From NCBI RefSeq assembly GCF_004010195.1, contig NC_057728.1:42785552-42849551 (forward strand): a DNA stretch of 64,000 nt, given 5' to 3'. Below the pieces are notes generated by a model that ran no database searches, was not told the origin of the DNA, and saw only the letters and a program-made list of their open reading frames with translations. Made by a program: the position numbers and the translations under genes. Positions 1-12,922 of the stretch are shown piece by piece; within the stretch, counting starts at the first letter, position 1; each line of letters starts with the position of its first letter. Origin of the DNA: Chiloscyllium plagiosum. Taxonomy: Eukaryota.

Positions 1-266
1 GTCCACACCGATCCTCCGAAGAGTATCCCACCCAGACCCATTCCCCTACTAATGCACCTACCACTATGGGCAATTTAGCATGGCCAATTCACCTAACCTG
101 CATATCTTTGGACTGTGGGAGGAAACCGGAGCACCCGGAGGAAACCCATGTAGACACGGGGAGAATGTGCAAACTCCATGCAGGCAGTCGCCCAAGGCTG
201 GAATCGATCTCGGGTCCCTGGCGCTGCGATGTACCAGTGCTAACCACCGATTCACCGTGCTGCCCC
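1..266 (-). mobile_element. HE1-type V-SINE (tRNA-derived head), cut by the window edge
   Basis: Minus strand gggcagcacggtg..tggttagcactg head, degenerate B box atcgattcc, then the V-domain gtttgcacattctccccgtgt..gggtttcctccgggtgctccggtttcctcccacagtccaaaga; same family as 39553. Confidence 0.85.
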
Positions 267-568
267 AAGTAGATTGGTCAGTAGATACTGCATTGTGACT
301 GATTCCATTGTGCTGATGGACTTGGCCACCTGTATGCTTAGAGAATGAGATCCATGCTGAGTTGTTGCTGGATTCTTTTGTGCTCCTTGATATTTACCAT
401 GAGCTTTAATGCAGGATCAAGCATGTTGTTGTGCCTTTCCACAAGTCACCACACTGAAATGCTCTTCTAAGTTCTCTGGTGCAGGACACATATGCAACTT
501 TGCTCTCCACTGAGAAGTATCTTGTCTTTTGCTCTTGTAGTCCAGCTGCATACAATCCCATGAGTATG

Positions 569-765
569 TAAAAACAAAGACTGCAGATGCTGGAAACCAG
601 ACTCTAGATTAGAGTGGTGCTGGAAAAGCACAGCAGGTCTGGCAGCATCCGAGGAGCAGGAAAATCTCTAGATTAGAGTGGTGCTGGAAAAGCACAGCAG
701 ATCAGGCAGCATCTGAGGAGTAGGAAAATCTCTAGATTAGAGTGGTGCTTTTCCAGCACCACCCT
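569..765 (-). mobile_element. Short Penelope-derived insertion (family A) with 64-bp tandem units and a terminal inversion
   Basis: 15-bp TSD aatcccatgagtatg at 554-568 and 766-780; unit ctctagattagagtggtgctggaaaag.. starts at 602, 666 and 730; same sequence family as 49115-49525. Confidence 0.8.
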
Positions 766-1138
766 AATCCCATGAGTATGCCATCCTCAGCATCTACTCA
801 TGATTGTTGGTATGAAGACATGTGATGGTGTATCTCTTTCATCACTCTTCTTACTGTTACTCACTGCCTGCCCAATTCTTGGTCATCTAAAAAGTGAGAA
901 TAAATTTGTGATTTGGGGAATTGGGTGGAGGAAAAATGAGCCTGACCCTGGTTACAGGTGGATCTACATTCAAAGACACAGGCAATAGCCAGTCCATAAC
1001 CAATCTAATAGAATATCCACAGTTATAACTGTAGGTTTCACTATCTTTATTATATTATTTATTTGATCATATGCACTGAGTATATTAAACATTGTTTGAA
1101 ATTAATTTTCTATTTTTACTTTTATGTTTATTTTACAG

Positions 1139-1321
1139 TTCCGGATAACGCACCTCAAAATATCACATACATATTTCTCCCTCCTTCTGATGTTGAAATA
1201 TCCTTTCTACCACCATCAACTCCCAATGGAATTATCCAGTTCTATACACTCTATCTTGGAGCTCAAAATAGTAGTGATGTGCTGATTACAAACAGTACAA
1301 ATTTGACTGTCATTGTTACAG
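1139..1321 (+). CDS. PTPRQ: PTPRQ internal exon (1st in window), FN3 N-half
   Basis: ttttacag acceptor and gtaaat donor; 183 nt, phase 1-1; reads VPDNAPQNITYIFLPPSDVEISFLPPSTPNGIIQFYTLYL...IVT, with the FN3 P-x-x-PNGII-x-x-Y motif. Confidence 0.92.
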
Positions 1322-2613
1322 GTAAATTAAACTATTGACAGTTGTCATGTTTTATAGAAGAGACTTTTGAATTTAAAATTTCTGGTGGGTATAGGTGCTT
1401 CATTTATTTTTCTTAAGGAAGTATTTTCTCACATCACTCTTACTTCACTTGCGCAACACTTTAAATCTATGCCCTCTTATTCTTGTTCCTTTTATGACTG
1501 GGAACAGCTTCTCCCTACCTCATCTATCCAGTCTACTTGTAATTTTGAAAGCCTCCACCAAATCACTTATCAGCCACCTTTTGTCCAAGAAATCTCCAAT
1601 TTATCCTCATAACTGAAGTTTCTCACTCCTAGAACCATTCTTGTAAATTGCTTCTGCACTTTCTCCAGTGTGTTCACGTCTTTCCTATGTGGCACCCACA
1701 ACTGTACATAATACTCCAGCAGAGATCTTATAAGTGTGTTCTATGGAGTGGATTGGCAATGTGCTTAGAGGCTGGCACATGTTACATGCCAATATCTGTG
1801 GATATGGGGTGCATGTGGCTGGTCCCCATGGAGCGTGCGCTGAGATGTTTATGCCTGGCTTCCAACACGGAAGCCTTTTAGACCAAGTGGTCAGCTGAAG
1901 TTGGCAGGTATCCTCTCTGACATCCATGTTGAGAAATCTTGAGTCTGGTTTGCTCACAGTGAATGGTTGAATAGGAAGCTACATATTGATAATGAAAATG
2001 TGTAATTAAGCAAGTAATTAACAAGGTATAATCTCCCTTAATCAGCAACTTGCTACTGGGTGGCGAGAATCTTGGAGATACCCGAAATCTAGTTAAAAGA
2101 TGCAGCAAGTTATACCTGACGTTGTGATAGGCTTTGCTGCTCATTACAAGATTTTGCCATATTTCTTGACATTCAGGCCCCTGTGAGATTTCCCTGACAT
2201 CTTTTGATATCATAGATGTATCAATGACACCTCTTAGGTTTGTTTTTCCTCTTGAAATCATCAATATGTCCTTCAAGATCTTAATTATGATTTCACTGAA
2301 AGTACTGCATAATGGAAATCATAGCAATCTATCCACTTTATAGCTACATACAGCAATCTGAGGAATTGTTATCTCTGAATCCAGTCCAAATATTAACGTT
2401 TATAGTGACTGTTCCCTTCTTTTGCACAACACCGATATTAGTACATGGAATAAGTCCACTATTTTCAGGTCTTAGATTTTTGCTTGCTCAAAATAAAATG
2501 TAGCTTTATTGTAATGTTTTTGTGGCATTACCGAAATTAATTTAGTATTTGGTATTTTATAATATGTACAGAGATTTCTAATTAAAAATAATTTCTGTTC
2601 TCACATTTTACAG

Positions 2614-2715
2614 GTTTAAAAGCAAATGAAAGGTATTCCTTAAAAATTTCTGCAAGTACTAGCAAAGGTGAAGGAATTCAAAGTCAACCAGTGTACATTT
2701 TAACTGGAGAAGGTG
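2614..2715 (+). CDS. PTPRQ: PTPRQ exon 2 in window, FN3 C-half
   Basis: ttttacag / gtaagt; 102 nt, phase 1-1; GLKANERYSLKISASTSKGEGIQSQPVYILTGEG; absent from the ORF track, read by eye. Confidence 0.92.
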
Positions 2716-2999
2716 GTAAGTATACTGTAAAAATGACAGAATTTGCTGTTCATCCATAGCAAGAGGTATATGGAATCTGTCATTTACAAGGATAGATTTA
2801 TCATTTAAACAGAATTGTATTTATTTGGTCAGAAAACAGTACAGCACCTCTATATTATGTTACCTTTTTGGAATATATTTACAATCATTAAAAAATGCCA
2901 TTCGAACAGTTAAATATTTTGCTTGAATCTCTGGTAGCACCTTTGAATTCTAGACAACAAAGTTAGTTCTGTAGCACCTACAGCAGCGATGCTACAGAG

Positions 3000-3635
3000 C
3001 TATTTCAGTTGCAAAATGATGTCAGCACCACTCATGCACATTTCTGGCATGAAGTGCACTAAATTTTAATTTAGGAAAGTTAGTAGCTCAGGCACTAGGA
3101 ATCTGAACTGGCACCAGTGAAATAGACAATGTAATGCTGATTTGAAACCAGCCTGGTAATTTTCAATTCCACTGTGAGAACTAATGCACACTCACTTAAT
3201 GGTTGTTTGATTTCTACTGTCTATCCTTCTCCAAGTGCTTTGTGGTTTGCAGAATTGTTCAAACTTGATGATATTGGCTGGGTGTGGTGCTCCACATGGA
3301 GAAGACTTTGGCATCTAAAAAGCTGTGGGTGTTGTAGTAGCCATACACTCTCACCTGTAACATGAGCGAGGGAGATACAAGAGAGATAATTTATAAAGGA
3401 CAAGCTGCTTGCACAGGAGGAGTGATCTCAGCAGGAGGCCTTATACATTCAGGGTCTTTCTGTAGCATTTCTCTAGCCTTGACCTAGCCAGGAGGCTAGA
3501 ATTCTAAAATCTCTTGTGGCATACCTGCAACCTCAGAGCAGACTATGCTTGGTGCTACCAGTAGTTGTGAAGATAACCTTAGCCTGACTTTCTTCACATT
3601 AGTATCCTTCATGGCTGGAATGGGCAACATTCAAA
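3000..3635 (+). mobile_element. Probable PIF/Harbinger transposase remnant
   Basis: About 3555-3630 translates, with a frameshift, as LPVVVKITLA..FFTLVSFMAGMGNI, resembling the Harbinger transposase LPVAVKVTxALNFFASGSFQ segment; boundaries approximate. Confidence 0.4.
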
Positions 3636-3649
3636 ACATGCAAAGAAAA

Positions 3650-3785
3650 GCAAAATACTGTGTATGCTAGAAATCTGAAATAAAAACAGAAAGTGGTGGA
3701 GAAACAGCTCATTAGGTCTGGCAGCATTTGTTGAGAGAGAAACAGAATTAGCATTTTGAGTCTGATATGACTTCTTCAGTTCAGT
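3650..3785 (-). mobile_element. Penelope terminal-repeat fragment (family B) with decayed hammerhead motif
   Basis: Minus strand ctgaagaagtcatatcagactcaaaatgctaattctgtttctctctc..atgctgccagacc; homologous to 6828-6965, 21730-21835 and 27877-27975. Confidence 0.6.
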
Positions 3786-5190
3786 TTTTACTATGTAGTA
3801 AAATTTTGATATTTGAAATTACTTTCAACAAGGTTAGCAAACATTAATGTTCATTCAATGAATAGGGAATGCATGACTCACTTAGACTAACGTCTTGATC
3901 TAGTGCATTTGATAGAGGAGAAAGGCTTAAATTTGTATAGCACTTTTCACAACTCTCAGGTGATGAAGCAAATACAGAGAGCAGTGGTTTTGTTACAGTT
4001 CTTGTCAAGATTGCCAATGCTTTTTAAAAAGAAAGAAATCCTCAAATGCTGATGAAAAGATAATCACCACTGGACACTATTTTACTTCCTAAATCTTTAA
4101 TGGTAACATACTAAATAAAATCTACATAACACAAGCATCAATTAGCAGGTGAAGGATATTTCAAATGAAATGTTACATTTTGCTTTAAGTAATGAATGAA
4201 AAAAAGATACGCTTCCAGTCGTAACAGAATTCACATTACCTCACACAAATGTGGGACAACATGCAATTTCATAGTTTTTTTTCAAATTGGCCTTTTTCTA
4301 ATGATCTGTCATTCTACATCCAGTTGCATTGGCTCTTAAGTTGCATTCACCAGCGACTAATTTCAAATTGAAATCCCCAGACTGTTGCCATTGAAACTTG
4401 TCTTCTAACTTTCTCTCACTTGGATCACAACAGTTCTGATAGTGCAGAATCTCCCAGAGATTCTCCTCACTGACCTCTTTAACCAGCCTGGTAGATTGTG
4501 GCAACACCTCAGTGTAGCAAAAGCTCTTGTCCAATCTACAGTCTGTCACTCTTCCTGTCTTCATTGTTCTAACCCTTCCAAATACATAACACACTATATT
4601 TTAAGAAACCTGTTTCAACTCCATAACTTGTTTGAAGATGGCCAAACAGGAAACTGTTCAATTAAGAACAAGTCTTGCTTCTTTTCACATGAATTTCTGC
4701 TGAACTGTCAATCAGGAGGTAAAACAGTTGAAACTCAAACCCACTTCACTTAACTTTCCATTTATCTTTTGTTTCGTCACTGTTCATTCCTTTTACAACC
4801 CCAAGTCACAATGAATTTCCTGGAAGCTAGTAACATTAGAATTAGAAAACTGTTCAAAATACTCTCCAGCATTTTGTCCTTCAAGAAACTTTGCACTAAA
4901 AACACTTCCTATTGCTTCCTAAAGTGAATGGATCATTACACTTTTGCCAAATAGGGTACAATAATATATGATTTTCTCCCAGTATCATGCTGACAGAACT
5001 TGAATTCATGCTTGAATTCATTTTATAATTTGAGTTGTTTCAATTTTTAAATTAAAATGTACAGAATTAAATCAAAAATGCAAATTGTTAATATTCCTTC
5101 CACGGTGGCTCAGTGGGAGCCACACTATGATCCTGTGATTACATGGGTCTACATTCACATAGAAGATTCTTTTTTACCCTCAATCTATAG

Positions 5191-5311
5191 TGCCTGGCTC
5201 TCCTCCACGATCAGTTACATCAAAACAGTTATCCTCTACCACTGTACTTCTGTCATGGAAACCTCCCACGGAACCAAACGGAGTGATTCTGTATTACACA
5301 ATCTATGTTTG
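5191..5311 (+). CDS. PTPRQ: PTPRQ exon 3 in window, FN3 N-half
   Basis: ctatag / gtaaga; 121 nt, phase 1-2; [41 protein letters not shown]. Confidence 0.92.
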
Positions 5312-6391
5312 GTAAGAGTTACTGAAGTGGTTATTAAGTTTAAAAATAACAAGCACTATATTCAAAGTTGTATGCCTAGTATTATAATTTTTTACTGTTA
5401 ACAACAAGTATAATGAATCTTATCAAAATATTTGAATTGCTTGAATGAATATGAGCCCTCCATTTCTTCCCATATGAAAGATATAATGATACATCTTCTA
5501 GTTGTTAGATGAGTTAGTCTAAGTGTTGACTAATTTACCTTTGCTGTCAATGTTGCAACATGATAAAATATCTACAGCATATTTCAAGTACCACTGTTTA
5601 GATCATATACATTTCCCTGAAATAAAATATTCTGATGTCATGAAGAAGATTACTTTGTAGTTTTAGTTGAGGACTCACTTCACTGATGGAAGCAAGTTAA
5701 GAGACATATGACTCAAGTTTAACTTCCTGGTTTAGAATCTGTTTGAATCATGGTGCCAGGTTGATCTCAGAAATATACTGGCATAATTTTGCTTGGGTAC
5801 GTGCTCCTCTGTATTCTTCCACATACCTGTACTGTGACCAAAAGAATTCAGCAAGCCTGAATTAGGCTGAGTCCTGCAAGTACTTCTATGTGAATCACTA
5901 AATCAGCTCTGAATTGCTGAGCGAGGCAATGTATTGCACCAGTAAAGTAGCAATATGAAAAAAGAAAACTAACAGAAAAAAATGAAGAGAAAATGTAAAG
6001 TGGCTTAAATAAGTAACAAAGTGAAAATCCCTTAAAATAATTCAGTGAGCAATTTAGTGCATTGATCCACTCTGTTTTTTGTACCTGATGCTAACAAAAT
6101 CTAGCTGTCAGAGATCAGCAGGGTTATGACTGCAGGAATCAAATATTTTCAGTTCTGTGATTGAAATTTGTTTCAGATATATTCTGATTGAGATATCCTG
6201 AGTTTTTTTTTGTTAAACACATATACACGGGGCTAAATACAAGGTAACTAAAACAACTTGAATAGATGCTTTGTAAAGGCACAGGAGTAGCAAGAGGCAA
6301 CAAATAGAAAGACATGAAAAAATTAAGAATAGTTCAATGCCCTGTAATTGTATTGTAATGTTTTTGTTGAAATACTGCATTCCTATTACAG

Positions 6392-6552
6392 GAGCACAAC
6401 AACACAACTTATTTTAAATGAGACTGAAACATCTGTACTGCTGAAAAACCTGGACAATGATACGGAATACTATGCTTTTGTAACAGCAAATACATGGTTA
6501 GGTGATGGAGGATTGAAAAGTAATAACATCACGTTTCGAACACCTGAGAATT
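6392..6552 (+). CDS. PTPRQ: PTPRQ exon 4 in window, FN3 C-half
   Basis: tattacag / gtaagt; 161 nt, phase 2-1; STTTQLILNETETSVLLKNLDNDTEYYAFVTANTWLGDGGLKSNNITFRTPEN. Confidence 0.92.
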
Positions 6553-6827
6553 GTAAGTGTCTGTGCTGACTTATGAAACTTGTAATTAATTAGTATTAAA
6601 ATATTGACATTATTGATGAGTAATTATTACAGAGAATTATTAAAGAATACAATTGGAATGCAGTGTGGACATTGGTGATAAAGTGAGCAGTTATTGCACA
6701 TTCCTTATTACTATTGAGAAGGTGAGTTGCTTTTTTGAACTGCAGAAGTTCATATGGTGATTGTACTCCCTGATTGGTGCTGGACAGAGTGGTCCTAGAT
6801 TTTAAGCTAACAATGGTAAAGAATGAA

Positions 6828-6965
6828 CAGTTCAGAGGAAGGGTCACCGAATCTGAAATGTTAACTCTGGTTTCTGTCCACAGATGCTGCCAGACGTGGT
6901 GAACTTTCCCAGCAATTCCTGGTTTTGTTTCTGATTTACCGCATCTGCAGTTCTTTCGGTTCTCA
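6828..6965 (+). mobile_element. Penelope terminal-repeat fragment (family B) with decayed hammerhead motif
   Basis: agtt-cagagga-a-gggtc-accg-aatct-gaaa-tgtt-aact, then ccacagatgctgccagac..gcatctgcagttc. Confidence 0.65.
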
Positions 6966-7223
6966 GAAAGGAACAACAGTTGTACTTCCAAGACAATGTG
7001 TTGTGTGGCTTGGAAATTATGGTGTTACTATGTTACTGCATTCCTTGATTTTCTAAATAATGGAGATCACCAGTTTGGGAAGTGTTGTCAAGAAACCTTG
7101 CAAAGTTGCTGCAATACATTTTGCAGACTGTACTATGGGTGACAGAGGGAATGAATCTTTTTGTGCCAAACAATCTTTCTCATGGGGGATGGTGTTGAGA
7201 TTCCAGAAGAAAGACATGCATTT

Positions 7224-9222
7224 AGAGTCATAGAGATGTATAGCATGGAAACAAACCCTTCCATGCCGACCATATATCCTAACCTAATCTAGTCCCATTT
7301 GCCAGCACTTGGCCCATATCCCTCTAAACCCTTCCTATTCATACACCCATCCAGATGCCTTTTCAATGTTGTAACTGTACCAGCCTGCACCATCTCCTCT
7401 GGCAGCTCATTCCATACACGCATTGCCCTCTGCATGAAAAGAAATGCCCCTAGGTCCCTTTCATATCTTTCCCCTCTCACCATAAACCTATGTCCTCTGG
7501 TTCTGGACTCCCCCACCTTGTCTGTTTATCCTACCATACCCCTCAGGATTTTATAAACCTCTATAAGGTTTAACCTCAGCCTCCGATGTTTCAGGGAAAA
7601 CAGCCCCAGTCTATTCAGCTTTTCCCCATAGCTCAAATCCTTCAACCTGGCAGCATCCTTGTAAATTTCTTTTGAACCCTTTCAAATTTTGCAACATCCT
7701 TCCGATAGGAAGGAGAACAGAATTGTGCACAATGTTCCAAAAGTTGCCTAACCAATGTCCTGTACAGTCATTACATGACCTCCCAACTCCTATATTCAAT
7801 GCTCTGACCAATAAAGGAAAGCATGTCAAATGCCTTATTCACTATCCTATCTACCTGTTACTGTACTTTCAAGAAACTATGAACCTGCATTCCAAGGTCT
7901 CTTTGATCAGCAACATTCCCGCGGACCTTACCATTAAGTGTATAAGTTCTGCCCTGAATTACCTTTCCAAAATGCAGCACCTCATATTTATCTAAATTAA
8001 TCTCCATCTCCCATTCCTCCTACCATTGGTCCATCTGATCAAGATCCCATTGTTATCCGAGGTAACCTCTTCACTCTCCACTATATCTCCAATTTTGGTC
8101 ATCTGCAAACTTACTAACTATACTACCTTTGTTCACTTCCAAATCATTTATATAAATGGCAAGAAGTGGTGGACCCAGCACCGATCCTTGTGGCACTCCA
8201 CTGGTCACAGGCCTCCAGTCTAAAAGGCAACCCTCCACTATCACTTGGTCTTCTACCTTCAAGCCAGTTCTGTATCCAAATTGCTAGTTCTCCCTGTATT
8301 CCATGACATCTAACTTTGCTCACCAGTCTCCCATGAAGAACCTTGTTGAACGCCTTACTGAAATCCATATAAATTACATCTACCACTCTGCCCTCATCAA
8401 TCCTTTTTGTTACTTCTTCAAAAAAACTTGATCAAGTTCATGAGACATGATTTCCCATGCTCAAAACCATGCTGACTATCCCTAATCAGTCCTTTCCTTT
8501 CCAAATACATGTACATCCTGTTACTCAGGATTTCTTCCAACAACTTGCCCACCACCAACATCAGGCTCACCAGTCTATAGTCCCCTGGCTTGTCCTTACC
8601 ACCTATCTTAAATAGTGGCATCATGTTAGCCAACCTCCAGTCTTCCGAAACCTCACCTGTGACTATCAATGATACAAATATCTCAGTAAGAGACCCAGCA
8701 ATCACTTCCCTAGCTTCCCAGTATACACCTGATTAGGTCCTGGGGATTTATCCATTTTTATGCATTTCACGACATCCAGCACCTCCTCCTCTGTTATATC
8801 GATATTTTTTCAAGATGTCACCATCTATTTCCTCACATTCTATATCTTCCATGTCCTTCTCCACAGTAAACACTGATGCAAAATACTCATTTAGTATCCC
8901 CCCCTCCCCCCCCCATCTCCTGCAGCTCCACACATAGGCTGCCTTGCTGATCTTTGAGGGGTCCTATTCTCTCCCTAGTTACCCTTTTGTCCTTAATGTA
9001 TTTATAAGATCCCTTTGGATCTCCTTAACTCTTTTTGCCAAAATTATCTCATGTCCACTTTTTATCCTCCTGATTTCCCTACCGCCTTTGTATTCTTCTA
9101 AGGATTTACCCGATCTCTCCTGTCTATACTTGTCAAAAGCTTCCTCATTTTTCTTAATCAAAATCTCAATTTCTCTAGTTATCCAGCATTCCCTACACCT
9201 ACCCGCCTTTCCTTTCACCCTA
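7224..9222 (-). mobile_element. CR1-clade (HER1-like) LINE, 5'-truncated and frameshifted
   Basis: Minus-strand fragments [43 protein letters not shown]; 3' tail (ctatgact)-like at 7224. Confidence 0.9.
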
Positions 9223-9484
9223 AGGGCTGAACTCCCAGAGTGTATGATATCTCATGAACTGCATTTGAAGTATAAGGTAAGATAATTAGTTGCAGTCCAC
9301 AACAAAACCATGAGCATCTCTTTCCCATAAAGAGACTGAATTGGTTGCATATAACTAAAGGGTTATCACCTTGTATAGTGGGACAAGGTAGGGAGGTAAG
9401 CCTGCATGAACTACCACAGACAGAATTTATGCTGTGCCATTAGCGTCATTCTGCATTGCACCTGAGCCTTCTAGTCCATAGATT

Positions 9485-9840
9485 TTTTTTTATTATTCAT
9501 TTAAAAGATGAGGGCTTCACTGGTAAGCCAGCATTTATTGCCCAGCCCAGAGGACAATTAAGAATCAATCACATTGCTGTGGTGGGTCTGGAGTCACATG
9601 TAGTCTATACCAGAAAAAGATGACAGTTACTTTCCCAAAGGACATTAGTGATCCAGATGGATTTTTCCAACAATCAACAATGGTTTTATTGACGTCAGTT
9701 AAGCTCTAAGTGCTAGGTTTTTAAACATTGAAGTGAAATTCCACCATCTGCAGTGGCAGGATTCGAGCCCACATCCCCAGAACATTACCTGCTTTGCTGG
9801 TTTAACAGGCAAGTGATAATACCATCAACCATCACCTCCC
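9485..9840 (-). mobile_element. tRNA-derived SINE sharing its 3' tail with the CR1/L2-group LINE family at 24135
   Basis: B-box-like ggctcgaatcc on the minus strand near 9760-9770; tail ccagcatttattgccc also seen at 24170, 29640 and 58180. Confidence 0.6.
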
Positions 9841-9842
9841 CT

Positions 9843-10340
9843 CGCCCTTGTGACTAATGGATGAAGCATCTGACTTCTGTGTGATTCATGATGTAAATAG
9901 AAGATTGCAGTTTGTGGTCTCCAGCCATATTGATACATAGTAACTGTTGTGTAAGAAATACAGCAAGCAATTTGTACAAAGCAATGTCTTACAATTGTGA
10001 TAATGCCCAAATAACCTGTTTTGGGAGGTTATTTGAAGAGGAAATATTGCCAAGATGCAAGGAATAATTCCATTGCTGTTCCTCAAAATACTGCCGTGGA
10101 TTCTTTTTTATCTGCCTGAAAGTATAAGTTGAAGAGCTTTCACAAATCCACCTGACAAAGTAGACAGAGCTTTTTGGCTTAAAATCTTATCCAAATGATG
10201 ACATTTGAGCTGACATGCCATCAGGACTACACAGTCAGCCCAGATTTTTATTTTGAAATCTCTCAAGTGGGAGCTGAGCCCAACATCATCTGACTCAGAA
10301 GCACAAGTGCTACAAACTGAACCATGACTAACACCACACA
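9843..10340 (-). mobile_element. Old tRNA-headed SINE, DeuSINE-like
   Basis: Minus-strand head tggttcagtttgtagcacttgtgcttctgagtcagatgatgttggg; similar to the + strand copy at 32226-32620. Confidence 0.5.
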
Positions 10341-10344
10341 GTGA

Positions 10345-11310
10345 GATGAAGCTGCACCTGTCCAGAAAAATAAAGAATATTCCATCATACTTCTGGACTG
10401 TGCTATGGAGATAATGGAAAGACTTTGGAGAGGGAAACGTTTGGTCACTCACCATAGAAAGCCCAGCCCCTAAATAGTTCTTCCAGCTGCAGTACTTGTG
10501 TGGTGTATCCAATTAATTTTGATGGTATTCAATTCAAAAATAATAATGCCTTGGAATGAAAACAAGATGTGGTTATGTTTTCTTTTGTTGGTAATGATCC
10601 TTGCTTGGTACTCAAGTGTTTGTTGTAATTTATTAGCCCAAACCTGCATATTATAGGTCTTGCTGCACATGGACGTGGATTGCTTCATTACTTGAGGAGT
10701 TGCCAATGGAACTGAAAACTGTGCAATCAGTAGCAAACATCTCCACTTCTGAATTTATGATAAAGGGAAGGTCATGGATGGAGCAGCTAAGATAAGCTAC
10801 TTCACAAGCCTGGCAAATTGCTGCCTGGCATATTGCTTAGTCTTGCAGTTGAGATGTTGGATCTCTGATAGTTGCAGCAATCTTCCTTATGGTTGATGAT
10901 TTTAGCCAATAAGGCTTTTCTACAATTTTCAATTAATTAAATTCTACTAGAGCGACAGTCACCACATTAGTCAAATGTTGCCATAATGTCAAGGTCAAAT
11001 CTCACCTCTTCTCTGGAAATTAATTCTTTTATCTGGAGCTATAATGAAGTCTGAATTTGAGTGACCCTTGTTTGGAACCCAAACTGAGTTTCTGTGAATG
11101 GGTTCTTGATGAGCTCTTTGGTATATTCCATTACTTTGCTGTTGACTGAGTGTAGACTGATGATGCAAAATAAATGGCAGCATCAGTGGGAAGAAAGCAG
11201 AGTTAATGCTTTGTATCTAGTGATCCATCATCAGAACAGATGCAATTGTTCTACCTTTGTGGATAGGACATACTTAGCAATTTTCCATTTTGTGGAGTGG
11301 ATGTCAGAGT
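10345..11310 (-). mobile_element. Decayed CR1/L2-group LINE fragment
   Basis: Matches the 24135-25025 family (cagcaaacatc.ccacttctga..ttatgat..agggaaggtcat.gatg; QSRSMMEYS). Confidence 0.65.
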
Positions 11311-11910
11311 GAAAGTGCACAGAAGAATGTTCAGTCCATCATGCTATTGGCAATTTGAAAGACCGATCAACTTAGTAATGCTAATTTGCCCTTTTTAATG
11401 ACACCTGCACATATTTCCCCTTTCCCCTATATAACATTTAATCTGTTTGAAAATTACCATTATACCTACTACTAACAGCTTTCAGAGAGTGCATTGCAGT
11501 GTGTAAATATTTGCCCTCATGTTACGTCTGTTGTTCTCTTGCTAATCCTTCTGTCAAAATACACAACTATTCCTTATTTACAAAGTAGTTACACAGCAGG
11601 TGAGCATTTGGCCCAAAGGTTCTCATTAGTTTCTGAGCCCATCATGATTTAAATACCTCTGTCAAACCTCACTTAATCTCCACTACTCAAAGTGAACAAA
11701 GCAGATTCTCCAGTCTTTTCACAGAACTGATCACATGGTAATATTCTTGTAAACCTTTTCTGCAGTCCTTCCAAAGCCTTGAGATCTTTGCTGAAGTGTG
11801 GTTCCTGGAAATAGCCATGATACTCTGTCTGCAACTAATCATTTTTTATAGAGATCCAGTATCTTTGTGAAAGGAAACCATTTAACAAATGCATCCATAT
11901 GTTTTTGCAG

Positions 11911-12053
11911 CAAGGATCGCTGAAGGCATTATCTCCTATGTCAACAAAAGTTCCACTTCTGTTCAAGTATTTTGGAACCTTTCCTCTAAGGCAAATGGAT
12001 ATGTTCAATATTATACAGTTCACTACAGGAATACTTCTGGTGTTTTTACACAG
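11911..12053 (+). CDS. PTPRQ: PTPRQ exon 5 in window, FN3 N-half
   Basis: tttttgcag / gtgcaa; 143 nt, phase 1-0; SRIAEGIISYVNKSSTSVQVFWNLSSKANGYVQYYTVHYRNTSGVFTQ. Confidence 0.88.
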
Positions 12054-12539
12054 GTGCAATATTTTCTGACTTCATGTGCAGTGATATTTGTGTTAGGCAG
12101 TAGCTGATAACAAGGAGAGATTTGCGGGTTCCAAGGAACAATAGGCTAGAATTTATTCTTGACAAGTAAATGAACATGCAATTTGATAAGACATTCCTTT
12201 GCCTTTTAGCAGAGCTTTAAACCATATGAAATAAATGGGTTATATATTTGTTCAACGACAGACAGATGGTATCTGACATTCATTTGTCAGTGTAAAACAT
12301 TATAATTTACAGCTTTATGAAACATGCTGATGTTTTGTTATATTGGTTTCTTAAAAATAATCAAAATTAAATTGTAGTAACTGCATATTTAAAAAATGAA
12401 CTTTATTGAATATTTGGAAATAACTGAGATCAAATCAAGGAACTGAATTTGTTGAAAGAAGACTGCAGCTTAATTAGCTAATTGTCCGTGCTATACAATA
12501 AAATATACCTGCAACAAATTGTTCAATGTTGTTTTCCAG

Positions 12540-12708
12540 AATATAACAGATATTGATCAAACAAGTGTTGGTGAAAATGCAAATGTGACAATACTTTTGA
12601 TTAATTTGGCCAAATTCAGCCACTATGAAACTTGGATGACTGCCTCTAATATGTTGGGAGATGAAATTCAGACAAGTGAACTGATCAATGTATACACTGA
12701 TGAAGATG
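12540..12708 (+). CDS. PTPRQ: PTPRQ exon 6 in window, FN3 C-half
   Basis: ttttccag / gtaagt; 169 nt, phase 0-1; NITDIDQTSVGENANVTILLINLAKFSHYETWMTASNMLGDEIQTSELINVYTDED. Confidence 0.92.
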
Positions 12709-12922
12709 GTAAGTTTGATTCAATGCAGAATTAATGTGTTAAAGTTAAAAATATTAATCAAGACATAGCGACAGAAATATTATTTAGCTTATCATAGACT
12801 ATCAATTAGTGCTGTATGACTCTATGACTCTATATGTCATTAAAGAGTGATCAACTAGTTTGTGGATGACAGGGTTGCACCATGCAGCAGAACAGTTTTG
12901 TTAAGAAATACACACTTACAAA

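Noticed and set aside
602..748. 64-bp direct repeats as a CRISPR-like array
   Set aside because: The units are contiguous with no unique spacers, there are no cas genes, the context is a eukaryotic intron, and a TSD marks it as one mobile insertion.
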